Assembly: GCA_021324535.1 (NCBI GenBank)
Contig: JAJPIU010000130.1
Location: 1-63,718, forward strand
Reading direction: 5' to 3'
DNA from: Pseudomonadota bacterium
Lineage (GTDB): Bacteria > Chloroflexota > Ktedonobacteria > Ktedonobacterales > JADMIN01
DNA length: 63,718 nucleotides
Positions 39,846-49,298 of this stretch are shown piece by piece. The position numbers and the translations under genes were made by a program. Below the pieces are notes generated by a model. That model saw only the letters and a program-made list of their open reading frames with translations. It did not search any database and was not told the origin of the DNA. How positions within the stretch are numbered: the first letter of the stretch is position 1; the number at the start of each line of letters is the position of its first letter.

Positions 39846-42800
39846 TTAGCGCGCATCATCGTTGTCTTCGCTGTCCTCATCATCGCCGATCACCTCCTCG
39901 ACCTCAGCCACCACATCCTCCTCGCGTTCGCGCTGGAGTTCGATAGGGTCGCTATCCTCGGCGGCGATGATCGGCGGCGCGTCGGGCGGCTCTGGCGGCA
40001 ATACGCCAGTGTCTAGTATCGCCTCTGCCTCTGTGGAAGACTCTGCTGAGACGGCAGCCTCTGGCTCGCCAGTCAACGGCGTCACTGTCATCGAGGGGAG
40101 CGCGCGACTCATTGCTACGCTGCCACGCAGCATCAGCCGCCACGCCTGCGTCAGCCGTGGCCGCAACGCTTCGAGCCGTTGGCGCATCGCCTCCTGCTGA
40201 GCGGTACGGCGCTCATCTGCATTGGCTCTTTTGCCAGATCGCGTGGGCGATGTGTCCCGCCAGAGGTCGCGCGCATCGAGCGCCTGGCTCACCGCGCTCT
40301 GCGCCTGTTGCAGCAGGTCTATCGTCTGGTTCAGCGAGACCAACAGATCGCCCTCCGCCAGATCGATCCGCTTGAGTAGCGTGGCGAGCGTGAAGCCGCG
40401 CGCCCAGTTGAGCGCCACGCTATGGAAGCCGTCAACGATGCCGGGCGTCATCGCCAGCCCCTCGCTATCCTCGAACTCCTGCACATCGCGCAGCACGCGG
40501 TAGACGATCCGCCGCACCTGGCGCAAGCTATCGGGCAGCGTCGCCAGATTGCGCAATGAACGGTCATTATCGAAGGTGAACCAGCTAAACACCTCGGCAA
40601 GCTCGGAAGGATCGAGCGTATCGAGCGCGCCGCCCAGGATAAGTTCGCAGAGCAGGATACCCGCCGGATGGAAGATCGCGCGCAACAGGCGGCCACGCAG
40701 CGTGAGCTCGTCGTCGCGCCCGATGTAGCCAAAGGCGCGCATCACATAGATTGTCGCGTTGAGTTCGGCGGTGGCAGCGTTGCTCAGCGCGCCCGGCCCC
40801 TGGCGTTCGCGTCGTCGCTCATGCTTGCCGCCTTTGCCTGCTTTCTGTTTCTGTGATGGATGGCCTGGCTCATAGTACGCCCGCAGGTCGTCCTCATCAT
40901 CCTCCGCATAATAATTCCTTCCCCCACGCCGCAGGCTCACGGCGCCATATGCGGCGACGCGGTGACGCTGGTACTCCCGCAGGCTTGCCGCGACAGCATG
41001 GCGCAGCCGATCCAGGTCACCAGCGCGCCAGAGGTTCAGCACGGTGTTGTAGCGCACGTTGAAGGCGCTGGTCACAGGCTCCAGCGGGCCGGTCAACGCC
41101 GCGAACGATGGCTCGAACGCCTCCCACGGCGAATAAGGGATCACTGCGGCTCCCTTCTCATCCATGCCACGGCGACCGGCGCGCCCGGTGAGCTGCTGAT
41201 ACTCATTGGGGGTCATCAGGCGCATCTGTATACCGTCGAACTTGCTCAGGCTGCCTACTACCACGCTCCGCGCAGGCATATTGATCCCTAGCGCTAGCGT
41301 ATCGGTGGAAAATACCACCCTCAACTCGCCGCGTGCGAACAGTGTCTCGACCATCACCTTCAGCGCAGGTAACAGCCCGGCATGATGAAAGCCAATGCCG
41401 CGCGGCAAGAGCAACAGCAGCCGTTGCGCCTGTTCGAGCCGCTGCTCTTCGGGTGGCAGCGTGCGAATCCATGCCTGGGTCTCGGTGGCCAGCCGGGCAC
41501 GCTGTTCCAGGCTCACCAACAGATGCGTGGCCGCTCCATCCGCCGCAGCCTCCACAGCGCGCCTGCCTGGCAAGAAGTAGAGGCATGGCAGCAGATTCGC
41601 GTTGCGCAGCGCCGTGATGACCTCGGCGGGGCGTGGTGTCATATGCTCAGGCGGCAACTCGTCCTCTTCGTCTGGCCCTGCGTTCCCTACGTTCCGTGTG
41701 GCCCCTGCTTCGCCTGCTTTCCCTGCGTCGTTTACTTCGTCTGATGGCGCGCCAACTGCATTTGGGCCATAGCGCCCATAGCTGCCGGTAATGAAACGCC
41801 GCCCACGCCCGAACATACGCGCCAGTTTCGCCTCGCCACCGATCTTCGGGAAGCGTTCCACCCGTTGGCCTGCCGCGTTCTGCACAAGGTGTAGCGTGTC
41901 GTCGAGGAAGTAGTAGTGTTCGAGTGGGATGGCGCGCTCGGCGTGGTAGACTAGCGCCATTGGCCCGTGAACCTCCTCGATCCAGTGGCGGAGTTCGTCG
42001 GCGTTGCTCACTGTGGCGGAAAGCCCCACGAAGGTAACATGCGGCGGCGAGTGGATGATCGCCTCCTCCCAGACAGGGCCACGTTCGGGATCGTTGAGGT
42101 AGTGCAGTTCGTCGAAGATGACGCAGCCCACGCTCGAAAGTTCCTCATCCAGACGAGCGCGACGTGCAAGCTCGGCCACATCCGCAGCAGAGGGGAGCGC
42201 CGCTGCCTGTGGGCGCAGTCCGCCGCCAGGGGCGCTTGCGCGCTGGGTGATGGCGCTGAGCAAGGCGTCAGCCTCTTCCGCTATGGATGGTTCCTCATGT
42301 GAGGCGCTGGTGTGGGCGGCGCGTAATCCTTCGAGCAGCATATTGCGATAAATCTCGGTCGTCATCACGACGATGGGCGCCGAGGGATTCTCTACGATGT
42401 CGCCGGTCATCAGGCCAACCTGTGTTGGGCCATAGAGCGCCCGCAAGTCGCGGAACTTCTGGTTGGAGAGCGCTTTGACAGGCGCGGTGTAGATCGCCCG
42501 CTCTCCAGCCCGTTGCGCCAGCCAGATGGCCGCCTCTGCCACCACTGTCTTGCCAGTTCCAGTAGGAGCTGCCACCAACACCGAGCGCCCACTGGCCAGG
42601 TGCGCCGTCGCCTCGCGCTGGAACGGATCGAGCGCGTAGGGCTGCGTCGCGGCAAATTCCTCCACCAGCGCCAGCGCCTCGATAGTCGGCGTATACGATG
42701 TATATGATGGTGTGCGTTTCGTACTGCTCGTCCGGCGCTCCACACGGCCAGGCGCCTTCCCTGCTTGTAGAGCTCGCGAGCCGTCGTCAACCGATGGCGC

Positions 42801-42977
42801 GGTGTGCATTCCAGGCGATCCAGGCGTAGGCAGCTTCGCGGTGGGCATCCCTTCGGCGGCATGTGTATCTTGCTCTCGTTCGCCTTTGCGCACGCGCCTC
42901 ACCCTGGGCAGTGGAGATGCGTTTTCACTTTGCTCGTTATGCTGTTTATGCTGTTTATGCTGTTTATGTTGTTTCAC
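39846..42977 (-). CDS. Ski2-like DExH RNA helicase (HelY-like)
   Basis: APTGTGKT, KALSNQK, TTEIYRNML, DELH, LSAT, HHAGL, TLALGINMPA, QLTGRAGRRG, C-terminal DSHCT-like EGD; start uncertain. Confidence 0.9.
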   Translation of the reverse strand: MKQHKQHKQHKQHNEQSENASPLPRVRRVRKGEREQDTHAAEGMPTAKLPTPGSPGMHTAPSVDDGSRALQAGKAPGRVERRTSSTKRTPSYTSYTPTIEALALVEEFAATQPYALDPFQREATAHLASGRSVLVAAPTGTGKTVVAEAAIWLAQRAGERAIYTAPVKALSNQKFRDLRALYGPTQVGLMTGDIVENPSAPIVVMTTEIYRNMLLEGLRAAHTSASHEEPSIAEEADALLSAITQRASAPGGGLRPQAAALPSAADVAELARRARLDEELSSVGCVIFDELHYLNDPERGPVWEEAIIHSPPHVTFVGLSATVSNADELRHWIEEVHGPMALVYHAERAIPLEHYYFLDDTLHLVQNAAGQRVERFPKIGGEAKLARMFGRGRRFITGSYGRYGPNAVGAPSDEVNDAGKAGEAGATRNVGNAGPDEEDELPPEHMTPRPAEVITALRNANLLPCLYFLPGRRAVEAAADGAATHLLVSLEQRARLATETQAWIRTLPPEEQRLEQAQRLLLLLPRGIGFHHAGLLPALKVMVETLFARGELRVVFSTDTLALGINMPARSVVVGSLSKFDGIQMRLMTPNEYQQLTGRAGRRGMDEKGAAVIPYSPWEAFEPSFAALTGPLEPVTSAFNVRYNTVLNLWRAGDLDRLRHAVAASLREYQRHRVAAYGAVSLRRGGRNYYAEDDEDDLRAYYEPGHPSQKQKAGKGGKHERRRERQGPGALSNAATAELNATIYVMRAFGYIGRDDELTLRGRLLRAIFHPAGILLCELILGGALDTLDPSELAEVFSWFTFDNDRSLRNLATLPDSLRQVRRIVYRVLRDVQEFEDSEGLAMTPGIVDGFHSVALNWARGFTLATLLKRIDLAEGDLLVSLNQTIDLLQQAQSAVSQALDARDLWRDTSPTRSGKRANADERRTAQQEAMRQRLEALRPRLTQAWRLMLRGSVAMSRALPSMTVTPLTGEPEAAVSAESSTEAEAILDTGVLPPEPPDAPPIIAAEDSDPIELQREREEDVVAEVEEVIGDDEDSEDNDDAR
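42937..42975. repeat. 9-bp tandem repeat encoding (KQH)n at the helicase N-terminus
   Basis: ttatgctgt repeated about 4 times. Confidence 0.8.
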
Positions 42978-43149
42978 CTGTAGAGAACCAGTCTATTGTC
43001 TTCGTTGGCTGCGCGCCCGCGCGAAGGCGCCAATCAACGATTACGATCAAAATCTAACGTCAGATCAAGAAGATACGTATGATGAGACGAAGAGCGGAAA
43101 GCATTGGCCCCGCTCTATGCGTTTTTGACCGTTTCCTGCGCTATACACT

Positions 43150-44655
43150 CTACTCATGGGCGGCTGTCGCCTCTGTCGCCCCTGGCGTATCCGGGGTACT
43201 GGCTGTATCTGGCGTGTCCGGCGCGAAGATATGCAATGGGGCAGACGCCACCCGTGTGAAGACGGGAGTATGCGCGCATACTTCGCCATCGAGCGTCACA
43301 TCCAGCGGCGTCGGTTCATCGGGTGTCTCGATGACCACCGCGTGGGCGCGGAACCGGGAAATCCCCGGCGCGATCAACTCGCCATGCGCATCGGCCAGCT
43401 CCGCAAAGGCCGCCCGCTCAGCCTCTTCTTCATGCAGGGCTCCCTTGCCACCCTGGCGCCCAACGAGGGGCAGTCTCCCCGCCCATCGGCCCAACCTCGT
43501 CAGCAGGTGATCAAGCGTCGCGCGCAGGCTGCCTGGATCCGGCGCCTCGACCAACAGGAAATCAAGCAGGCCATCCGAACCATCAGCGCCGGGGACATTG
43601 AATCGAAGCGCGCCTCCAAAAACCGGCTGGTTGATGATGGCTAGTTGCAACGCATGGCAATCGATCACATGCGTCTTGCCACGCCCCGGCGGCGCCCACT
43701 GCTTGCCCACGCTATAGCCCTGGTATCCCTGCAAGCGGAGGATCAGGCGGATCGAACGGGCATGCTGCAACGCCTCCATTGCCGAAGCGGCGTAGGTCAG
43801 CGCGCCCCACTGGCGTCGGCGTTCGGCGCTGGTGGCCAGCCGCGCAAACTCGACGTTCAGACCCAGCGTCAGCGCATGCAGAAAATATTTTTGATCGCTC
43901 GGCGGCGCGTTCACCTCCCCACCTTTTGTCGTTCCCTCAGCGACAACAGCGCCATGCTTGTTGGTATGCTTGAGCCAATTGCGCAAGGCGTGGCGTTCAC
44001 GCCGCTCGAAGTGAACAATCCGTTGGCGTAGCTTGCTCCAGAATAGCCGCCGTCTCACATCGGTCTGTTCATTCGCCAGTTCGTCGCCTTCGCCCAACCG
44101 GAGTTGTTCATTGAGCGCCAATGCGCCAGTGGGAATGACCTGTCCCACATCGCTGGGAACTGCCTTGCCCCTGGCAATGATCTGCGCCGCCAGCGCCACA
44201 TCCATTGGAATACCCAGTGAGCGCGCGACATCATTCGATGTCCCCAGCGGCAGGATGCCCAGCGGCAACCCGGCCTGCATGGCGAGTGTCGCTGCTGCGC
44301 CCACTGTGCCATCGCCGCCTGCCGCCACCACCGCGACACACCTCCGTTCGCGCCAGAGCGCAATCTGGCGAGCGGCGAACCCTGGCTGCCCTACCTCAAT
44401 CGTCAGCGCGCTGCATGCCGCCTCAATGCCGGCCTGCGCAAGCGCCTGGTGTGTTGTCTCCTTTGCAGCAGTTATCTCGGCCTCGCTATGAGCCGTGTGA
44501 TGAACCGGTTCGCCGCTGATCTCGCCCCGCGCGAACCGCCCCGCGTGTGGACTGATGAGCAGAGCGACCGGCCCACATGGTTGAGCGACTGTGAGAGGCG
44601 CATGACGTGGCGAGCGGTCATATTCCCTTGAAGGCGTGGCGTCTGCGTTGCGCAT
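43150..44655 (-). CDS. diacylglycerol/lipid kinase family protein
   Basis: SPHAG, AGGDGTV, LPLGTSNDVAR, LDGE. Confidence 0.87.
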   Translation of the reverse strand: MRNADATPSREYDRSPRHAPLTVAQPCGPVALLISPHAGRFARGEISGEPVHHTAHSEAEITAAKETTHQALAQAGIEAACSALTIEVGQPGFAARQIALWRERRCVAVVAAGGDGTVGAAATLAMQAGLPLGILPLGTSNDVARSLGIPMDVALAAQIIARGKAVPSDVGQVIPTGALALNEQLRLGEGDELANEQTDVRRRLFWSKLRQRIVHFERRERHALRNWLKHTNKHGAVVAEGTTKGGEVNAPPSDQKYFLHALTLGLNVEFARLATSAERRRQWGALTYAASAMEALQHARSIRLILRLQGYQGYSVGKQWAPPGRGKTHVIDCHALQLAIINQPVFGGALRFNVPGADGSDGLLDFLLVEAPDPGSLRATLDHLLTRLGRWAGRLPLVGRQGGKGALHEEEAERAAFAELADAHGELIAPGISRFRAHAVVIETPDEPTPLDVTLDGEVCAHTPVFTRVASAPLHIFAPDTPDTASTPDTPGATEATAAHE

Positions 44656-44797
44656 ATGCGGTATCCTAGTCTGTTGTTTCTACCGTTGTCCTGTCGTTCT
44701 GCCGGTTTGTGTGGGAATACTTTTCTCATCACTGTATCACATGTATCACACAAAAATGGGAAACCATCAATAATCTTGTCAAAACGTAGCGAAACGC

Positions 44798-44826
44798 TTG
44801 ACGATCTGACGCCACTGTGTTATGGT
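44798..44826 (+). promoter_or_regulatory. sigma70-type promoter for the ORF at 44885
   Basis: TTGACG-17 nt-TATGGT with extended TG; direct repeat TGTATCACA x2 at 44733-44750 upstream. Confidence 0.55.
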
Positions 44827-44884
44827 ATGCGCGACAAACGAGAGACCAATGCGCCCCTGTGGGGGAAGGAGCGATAAGTAGCAT

Positions 44885-45115
44885 ATGGCGCAGCCGGTAA
44901 CTGATAAGGAGCTGTTGCGGCTCCAGATACAAGCCTATGAGTTTTACGCCGGTTTGATTGGCCGTGCGGTGGTCAGTGGCGCGCATGATGCAAAGATGCC
45001 ACGCTGGGATGAGCAACGCGCCATAGAATATCGCGAGCTGGCCGAGCAACTTCGCCGACAATTGGCTGAACTTGAGGCAACGTCGCCTGCTGAGACCACG
45101 TCTGGTCAATCATAA
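44885..45115 (+). CDS. small helical hypothetical protein
   Basis: AAGGAG RBS and promoter; helix-turn-coiled-coil-like pattern. Confidence 0.6.
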   Translation: MAQPVTDKELLRLQIQAYEFYAGLIGRAVVSGAHDAKMPRWDEQRAIEYRELAEQLRRQLAELEATSPAETTSGQS

Positions 45116-45225
45116 ATCATTTCAATAGCTTTTAGCCATGTCTCGTCTCACGTTTATATCGCGTAGCGCGTGACGATGTGATCATGATCAGCCCTGCGTG
45201 TTCGAGTGGGGCAGGGAGCGTGGGG

Positions 45226-46308
45226 ATGGCAGCGCGTTTCGTCCTGACGAGCAGACTCAGTAACATCATACAAATGATCACGCTCTCACGCCAGAGCGGC
45301 ATCCTCCGCGTGATACGTGGTCAAGGCGCCTTGCGCGAGATGGGGCAGATACGCTTCGTGCGTGGCGAGCCAGTCTCGGCGTTGCTTGGCGAAACGACCG
45401 GCGGCGGCGCCTTGAACGTCCTGGCTAACTGGGGTGAGTGCGCCTATGCGTTCGATGAAACCTTCGGCGCCGACGACACAAGCGATCCATCCATGGATGC
45501 GCCCGGTGGCATGGGATCGTTTGGCGCCGACTCCCCTCCACCGGCTTATCCCCCTTCATCGTTACCAAACGGCGCCTCATCCTCATCATGGCCTTCGTCC
45601 TATGGCTACATTCAGGTACCGCCCGGCGCTCATTCTGGTATGCCGCCCGCAGCGACTCCATCCTATCCCTATCCGGATGATAACGCCCGTGGATCGCCTG
45701 GCTATGGCGGAGGATATGGCGGAGGATATGGCCCATACGAGGGTGGCTACACACCCAGACCAACCGAGACGGGGCAGAATGGTTATGGCGCCCCTCCCGG
45801 TTATCACCCATCGAGCATGCCGACTCCGGATCGCTATGGGGGAGTGGGGGCCGAACGACAAGAACGCGCCCGGCAGAATCCTAACTATTCGCGCCCGTTG
45901 CCCAACCTACCGAATCTGCAAAATCTGCCGAACCTGCCAAATCTTGGCCCGCTAGGTGGGCCATCGTATCCGGGTGAGACAGGGTCGCCTACGCCCGCAA
46001 CGCCGTCTCCTCTTCCATCTATGCCATCGGTCTCATCTTATGGGCCGCCATCCCTACCAGGATCGGGCCAGGCGTCAGCGCACCCGACCCATACCCTACA
46101 GCCGGAGATGCTGGCGGCTGTTCCCGTGCGAACGGAGATCGCGACGAATATCGAACAGTTACCGCTCGACCGCCGTGAGCGCATGGTGTTGTTGTTGGTG
46201 GACGGGCAGCGAAGCATCTCCGATTTGATTCGCCTGACACGCCGCAGTGAGCAAGAGTTCTACGCGGTCTTGAACCATCTGCGGATGCTTGGCCTGGTGC
46301 GAATGTAA
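45226..46308 (+). CDS. DUF4388 (PATAN-like) domain protein with P/G/S/Y-rich linker and C-terminal winged helix
   Basis: LSNIIQMITLSRQSGILRV..GQIRFVRGEPVSA..ALNVLANW..YAF; C-terminal LLLVDGQRSISDL..L..LGLV. Confidence 0.75.
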   Translation: MAARFVLTSRLSNIIQMITLSRQSGILRVIRGQGALREMGQIRFVRGEPVSALLGETTGGGALNVLANWGECAYAFDETFGADDTSDPSMDAPGGMGSFGADSPPPAYPPSSLPNGASSSSWPSSYGYIQVPPGAHSGMPPAATPSYPYPDDNARGSPGYGGGYGGGYGPYEGGYTPRPTETGQNGYGAPPGYHPSSMPTPDRYGGVGAERQERARQNPNYSRPLPNLPNLQNLPNLPNLGPLGGPSYPGETGSPTPATPSPLPSMPSVSSYGPPSLPGSGQASAHPTHTLQPEMLAAVPVRTEIATNIEQLPLDRRERMVLLLVDGQRSISDLIRLTRRSEQEFYAVLNHLRMLGLVRM

Positions 46309-46557
46309 GACGATAGAGGCGACAGAGGCGATACTTGTACCGGTTCTCTATACACAATCGCCGATGAACGGTACAATAGTCGTACCATTGTCTACGGCTG
46401 GCGTTTGTTTGCGCCGAATACGTCGGTTCATTCGTTCTTTTTGTGAGAGCAGAAAGGGCTATACGGCGTCAGGCGGTCATGTCATAGAGAAAGCAGCGCT
46501 GGTAGCGCAGTGCAGCCAGGGGGCAGTGCAGCCAACCCAGGCATGCAAGAGAGGAAG

Positions 46558-48498
46558 ATGGGTATGGGTCGAAGAGGGTTGCGACTGGGTATTCGCGCGC
46601 AACTGACCCTTGTCGTGTTGCTAGGCGCGATTCTAAGCACCGCCGCGACACTGTTTATCGCCAATAGCGCCATCCAAACGTATGCGCTTCAACAGGCGCA
46701 GGCGCAGGAGCAAGGCAACGCCAAGATCGCGTTGTTGGTTCTGCGCACGGAGTATGGGCAAAATATTTCCATAAGCCCTGACGATCACTTGGTGGTTGAC
46801 TCCCCTGCGGTGGGGCAAGACCTTTCCAATGCGACAGCGCAAAACGACTACGGCAAGGTGGTGCTCAATGATAACAACGACTATGTGGATCAGGTACAGC
46901 AATTGATCGGCGGCGAGGTCAGCATTTATCAATGCGCCAGCCCCGATGGCACGCCGACCCCATGTGACCGCATCGCCACCACGTTCCGTGCGCCCAACTC
47001 AGGGTTCACAGGCGCACGCGAAACCGGTTCGCAGTTTCTTCTCGAAACCGCCATCGCTCAGCATATGGGGCTTGGCCCCAACCAGACGCCGCACGAATGG
47101 TCAGGGGTTGATACGCTCGACGGCAAGCAATATTACACCGATTATCAGCCACTCTTCGATCCACAGAGCAACGTGATTGGTGTCCTCTCTGTTGGGGTGC
47201 CGCTCGATACGGTGACAAACTTCCAGCAGACGACGACGATTGAGTTGTTGCTGTTGGGTCTGATCATCATGATCGCCGGTATCATCTTTGCCGTCCTCTT
47301 CGCTTCGGCCATCGTCAACACGCTTCAGCAGGCCGCACGCCAGGTGAGCGCCGCCTCAGCCCGCTTGAACGCCATCGCCGGACAGCAGGCTGGTGGCGCG
47401 CAACAGCAGGTCTGGGCGGTCAACTCGATCAACAAGGCGCTGCAAAACTTCGCCGAGATGACGCGCGATGTCTCGCGGCGCACCGACCAGCTCTCGCAGA
47501 TGGGCAACCAGGTCATTCAACGGCGCGTCGAGATTTCCCCCGTGCAGATTGATTCGATCCTGGCCTATATGACCCGCTCGGTGCGCGACATTAGCGTGGC
47601 CAGCCAGCAAGAGGCCGCGCAATATGAGCGCATGACCAGCGCTATGCAGGCGGTTATCGAGATTGCCGAGCAGGTGGCGGGCAACTCCGATCAGGTGACT
47701 GAGAGTGTGGAGCGCCTGGATCTGGTTATCGCCCAGTTGCAGCAGCTCGTCGGCGTGAGCCGCTCCAAGCAAGTGGTGGATGACGCCGAGGCGGCAAACG
47801 CCGAACTGGAAGCGCAGATGAACCTGAACGATATGCGTGGCGCACTCAGCGACCAGCCACGGCTGATGGGCGCGCGCGCCGCCGCATCTTCGGCCAGCAT
47901 GCGCAACGGCATGACCGGCTCCATGAATATGGGCCAAATGGGCAATATGGGCGCAGCGCAGATGCGCGGTTTGCCCCCTGGTCAAATAGGGCAGATGGGG
48001 CAAATGCAACTTGGCCAGTTTGGCGGCGTAGGGCAGGGATCGCAAGGAAACATGGGCCAGATGGAGACGGCGCAGTCCACCGGGAGGCTCAATATGCGTG
48101 GCGGCTATGGCGTGCCGCAGAACCAGCGTTACCCAATGAATGGCCAGCAAATGGGCGGCCAGGCGGGCGGGATGGGCCTTCCGCCGCTTGGCGCGAACCA
48201 GGGCGGCCAGGGCATGCGTGTCGGCGCGGGCATGGGCGTCGGCAGCAGCGGCAGCATGAATGGGCAGATGGGGCGTATGGGCCCATCTGGGCCGATAGGG
48301 CCGATGGGCGGCCAGGAACCCGGCCCAATGGGACGTATGCCATTTGACGACGATGGCGCCTACGGCCACTATGATCGCCCTGACCCCTACGACCGCTCCG
48401 GGTATCTCGGTTCGGGTGGCCCTGGCGGCGGGCAGGGGATGTCTGGCCCGTCGGCTCCCGGTGGGCCGGGCGCGCCACGCCGCCGCATGCGCCGGTAA
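46558..48498 (+). CDS. Cache-domain transmembrane receptor with truncated MCP-like coiled coil and G/M/Q-rich tail
   Basis: TM1; Cache-like RIATT..G.RETG..YYTDYQPLFD...VIGVLSVG; TM2; methylation-helix-like arms; low-complexity C-terminus. Confidence 0.75.
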   Translation: MGMGRRGLRLGIRAQLTLVVLLGAILSTAATLFIANSAIQTYALQQAQAQEQGNAKIALLVLRTEYGQNISISPDDHLVVDSPAVGQDLSNATAQNDYGKVVLNDNNDYVDQVQQLIGGEVSIYQCASPDGTPTPCDRIATTFRAPNSGFTGARETGSQFLLETAIAQHMGLGPNQTPHEWSGVDTLDGKQYYTDYQPLFDPQSNVIGVLSVGVPLDTVTNFQQTTTIELLLLGLIIMIAGIIFAVLFASAIVNTLQQAARQVSAASARLNAIAGQQAGGAQQQVWAVNSINKALQNFAEMTRDVSRRTDQLSQMGNQVIQRRVEISPVQIDSILAYMTRSVRDISVASQQEAAQYERMTSAMQAVIEIAEQVAGNSDQVTESVERLDLVIAQLQQLVGVSRSKQVVDDAEAANAELEAQMNLNDMRGALSDQPRLMGARAAASSASMRNGMTGSMNMGQMGNMGAAQMRGLPPGQIGQMGQMQLGQFGGVGQGSQGNMGQMETAQSTGRLNMRGGYGVPQNQRYPMNGQQMGGQAGGMGLPPLGANQGGQGMRVGAGMGVGSSGSMNGQMGRMGPSGPIGPMGGQEPGPMGRMPFDDDGAYGHYDRPDPYDRSGYLGSGGPGGGQGMSGPSAPGGPGAPRRRMRR

Positions 48499-48552
48499 AC
48501 CAAATCACCAGGGCGCCATCGCTAGATGCCCTGCCCGCTCGGTGATTTCACT

Positions 48553-48592
48553 ACGAACTCGTCGGCGCCCGCTGGCGAGTTCGTGCTATACT
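48553..48592 (+). promoter_or_regulatory. hairpin followed by an extended -10 element
   Basis: ACGAACTCG...CGAGTTCGT inverted repeat, then TG-C-TATACT at 48584-48592. Confidence 0.45.
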
Positions 48593-48681
48593 GTGTGTAT
48601 TCTTTTCCGTCCTTTTTGCGTCTTGACTCTTGAGTCATGTGCTCACAGCGACATCCCAGTGGTGAAAGGTGGATAGCGTAG

Positions 48682-49119
48682 GTGTTCGAAGACGTCATTT
48701 CACAGGTGCCACTCTTCCAAAGCCTCACAAAGCGTGAGCTACAAGTGTTGGCCAATAACTGCCGCGAGCGCGAGTATCCCGCCGGGTCAGTGCTTCTGCG
48801 GCAGGGGGAGACCGGCGTTGGCCTGTTTATCATTACCAGCGGGCATGTGAATGTCACCCAGACCACGCCTGATGGCGAGACGCGCGAGCTTGGTTCTTTT
48901 GGGCGCGGCGACGTGCTGGGGGAGATGTCGTTGCTCGATGATCAACCCCGCACGGCGACCGTTGTTGCCAGCGAACCGACAACTGCTCTTGTCATTCCCG
49001 TCTGGGATTTCCGGGCGGCGCTACGTGAGTCGCCGGATATTGGCATCAAGCTGCTGACGGTGCTGAGCCGTCGTCTGCGTCGCGCTGAGGCGCAAACGCA
49101 CGAGCAAGCGCACAGCTAA
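48682..49119 (+). CDS. stand-alone cyclic nucleotide-binding domain protein
   Basis: LRQGE, LFIITSG, LGEMSLLDDQPRTATV phosphate-binding cassette; no HTH. Confidence 0.9.
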   Translation: MFEDVISQVPLFQSLTKRELQVLANNCREREYPAGSVLLRQGETGVGLFIITSGHVNVTQTTPDGETRELGSFGRGDVLGEMSLLDDQPRTATVVASEPTTALVIPVWDFRAALRESPDIGIKLLTVLSRRLRRAEAQTHEQAHS

Positions 49120-49298
49120 TTTTCGAATGCGCTTCAATCGCCAGCATATGTTGGCGTTGGTCTACAACAGCCTACAACCCCTGCTTCCAGGCGCAACTGA
49201 TCCAGAACGCGCGTGGAGCGGGGGTTGCGCGCGTTCCAAAGCATCTCACCCGATTCCCGGAATCGAACGGGGACGCGGGCAAGTGAGGAGTCAAATGT

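Noticed and set aside
49120-49298. T-box leader upstream of tyrS
   Set aside because: No T-box consensus (GGTGG.ACC) and the region is short; only a GAACGCGCG/CGCGCGTTC hairpin
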